64,000 nucleotides of DNA from the NCBI GenBank assembly GCA_044344255.1, contig JBIJDH010000005.1, positions 256,001-320,000 on the forward strand, in the 5' to 3' direction. The notes under the pieces are model-generated. The model was not told where the DNA came from. It ran no database searches and was given only the letters and a program-made list of their open reading frames with translations. The translations under genes and the position numbers were made by a program. Each line of letters begins with the position of its first letter. The first letter of the stretch is position 1. Below, piece after piece: positions 62,521-64,000 of the stretch. The stretch is from Myxococcota bacterium. GTDB lineage: Bacteria > Myxococcota_A > UBA796 > UBA2385.

Positions 62521-64000
62521 GCCGCGTCGGCGGCGCAGGGCGAGGAGGCCGACCAGCGCGGCGGCGGGCAGGGCCGCCCCGGGAGCGGGGCTGGCTGAGC
62601 ACGCGCAGGCCTTGAAGGGAACATCCTCGTTGGCGGGGGTGAAGCCGGTGTCCTGCCCCGTCTCGCCGCCCCCGTCGCCGCCCGCCCCGGAGCAGTCCTC
62701 GGCCACCGCGGGGTCGGTGTCGTCACAGTCTGCGTCGAGCGGGGTGCCGTCGCCGTCCTGGTCGTCGTCGTTGCCGTCGCAGTCCTGATCGATGCCGTCG
62801 TACCAGACCTCCTCTGCGGTGCTGGCGACAGCGGGGTCGAGGTCGTCGCAGTCCCCACCCCCGTGCTCGGCGGCGGGGTCGCCGTCGCCGTCCTGATCGT
62901 CGTCGTCGTCGCCCGCGCAGTCCGAGTCCACCCCGTCGTACCAGGCGTCGGCGGCTCCGGGGAAGACCGCGGCGTCGGTGTCGTCGCAGTCGTCTCCGCC
63001 CGCCTCGACGGCGGCGTAGCCGTCGCCGTCCTGATCGTCGTCGTTGCCGTCGCAGTCCTGATCGACGCCGTCGTACCAGACCTCGGTCGCGCCGGGGTAA
63101 ACCCCGGGCTCGGCGTCGTCGCAGTCGTCTCCGCCGCAGGTGGCGCCGCCGTGGCCGTCTCCGTCTTCATCGCAGGTCCCGCATTGGTCCTGCCCACCGG
63201 TGTAGAGGTCTTCTGCGCCGACCTCCGTCTCGCTCGCGAGGATGAGGAAGCTCGTGCCCAGGCTGCCGAGGGCGGGGAGGCTGTCGGGGCTCGTCCAGCG
63301 GAGGGCCATCGCGTCGTCGGTGGTGGCGGCGGCCTCGTCGGTCAGGGTCGTGTCGGCGTCGGTGTCGGAGTTCGACCACCCGGCGTAGTGGCCGAGGGCG
63401 GAGTTGTCTTCGTCACAGGCCCCGAAGGAGAGGGTCACCCCGGAGGAGGCGCCCACGCTCTCTGCGTAGTCGGAGGCCGTGCCGCCCCCCGTGTTCTGGA
63501 CGTTGTTCTTGGTGGTGTAGATCCCGTAGCTGGCGGAGTCCTGATCGGGGTCGACCGCGTAGAGCAGGCGGAGGTTCGTGATCTCCTGGTCGGTCTTGTT
63601 GGTGACCCCGAAGCTCACCACCACAAGGCTCTCGTCGAGCGCCCAGCGCTCCACCTTGGTGATGATGACCTGGTCGTCTTCGAAGACGTGCGTGGCGATG
63701 GCGTGAGTGAGGGTGGAGTCGTCCCGCTCGTCGGTGAGGAGGAGGTTAGTGCCGCTGCCGGAGCCCGACCAGGCCTCGTACGACTCGTCGCCGATCTGGT
63801 ATTCGACGGCGAAGCGCTGCCAAGGGTAGCCCCAATAGGAAAATTCGACCCAGGCGCCCACGATGAAGGCCTGGAAGCCAGCCGCGGCGCCCGTGTCATT
63901 CCAGGTGCCATCGTCGTTGTAGTAGATCTGCACGAGGTCGCCGGCCACGAGCTCAGCCCCGACCGCGGGGCGCGCGCCGAGGAGCGCGAGCAGGGGGACG
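62476..64000 (-). CDS. Surface protein with MopE-related (putative metal-binding) repeats and MYXO-CTERM-like tail; start lies beyond the window
   Basis: Repeats 'DCDD..P...PGA.E.WYDG.DQDCDG.DDDQDGDG'; 'CACSAS...LVGLLALRRRR'; frame stays open to 64000 with signal-like 'VPLLALLGARPAVG'. Confidence 0.82.
   Translation of the reverse strand, partial: VPLLALLGARPAVGAELVAGDLVQIYYNDDGTWNDTGAAAGFQAFIVGAWVEFSYWGYPWQRFAVEYQIGDESYEAWSGSGSGTNLLLTDERDDSTLTHAIATHVFEDDQVIITKVERWALDESLVVVSFGVTNKTDQEITNLRLLYAVDPDQDSASYGIYTTKNNVQNTGGGTASDYAESVGASSGVTLSFGACDEDNSALGHYAGWSNSDTDADTTLTDEAAATTDDAMALRWTSPDSLPALGSLGTSFLILASETEVGAEDLYTGGQDQCGTCDEDGDGHGGATCGGDDCDDAEPGVYPGATEVWYDGVDQDCDGNDDDQDGDGYAAVEAGGDDCDDTDAAVFPGAADAWYDGVDSDCAGDDDDDQDGDGDPAAEHGGGDCDDLDPAVASTAEEVWYDGIDQDCDGNDDDQDGDGTPLDADCDDTDPAVAEDCSGAGGDGGGETGQDTGFTPANEDVPFKACACSASPAPGAALPAAALVGLLALRRRRGSPGSDPHHHPRRVR

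Overview
High-GC bacterial window, probably Myxococcota-like (inferred from a MYXO-CTERM-like tail, MopE-related repeats, an ExbB+2xExbD triplet and many acidic-linker lipoproteins). Most of it is core or envelope genes: arfB, uvrB, iadA, cysD/cysNC, kbl, lon, an M16 peptidase pair, glycosyltransferases and L,D-transpeptidases. An accessory block at ~22.6-33.2 kb stands out. It has a truncated AAA ATPase, a VapBC-type TA pair, then two tandem ~2.5-kb units delimited by palindromic repeats. Each unit encodes Ser/Thr kinase-linker-TM-FGE-sulfatase (C-type lectin fold). The kinase halves look identical by eye. The C-terminal 22 codons differ in the codon-position-1/2 pattern typical of diversity-generating retroelement (DGR) variable regions and are followed by conserved 3' cis motifs. 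I found no reverse transcriptase or template repeat in the window, so these are candidate remote DGR targets. Both copies are interrupted (in-frame TAG in copy 1, 1-bp frameshift in copy 2). They are followed by two coiled-coil proteins and an FHA-like/wHTH regulator. No rRNA, tRNA or CRISPR array was recognised. All calls come from reading motifs by eye; no database search was run.
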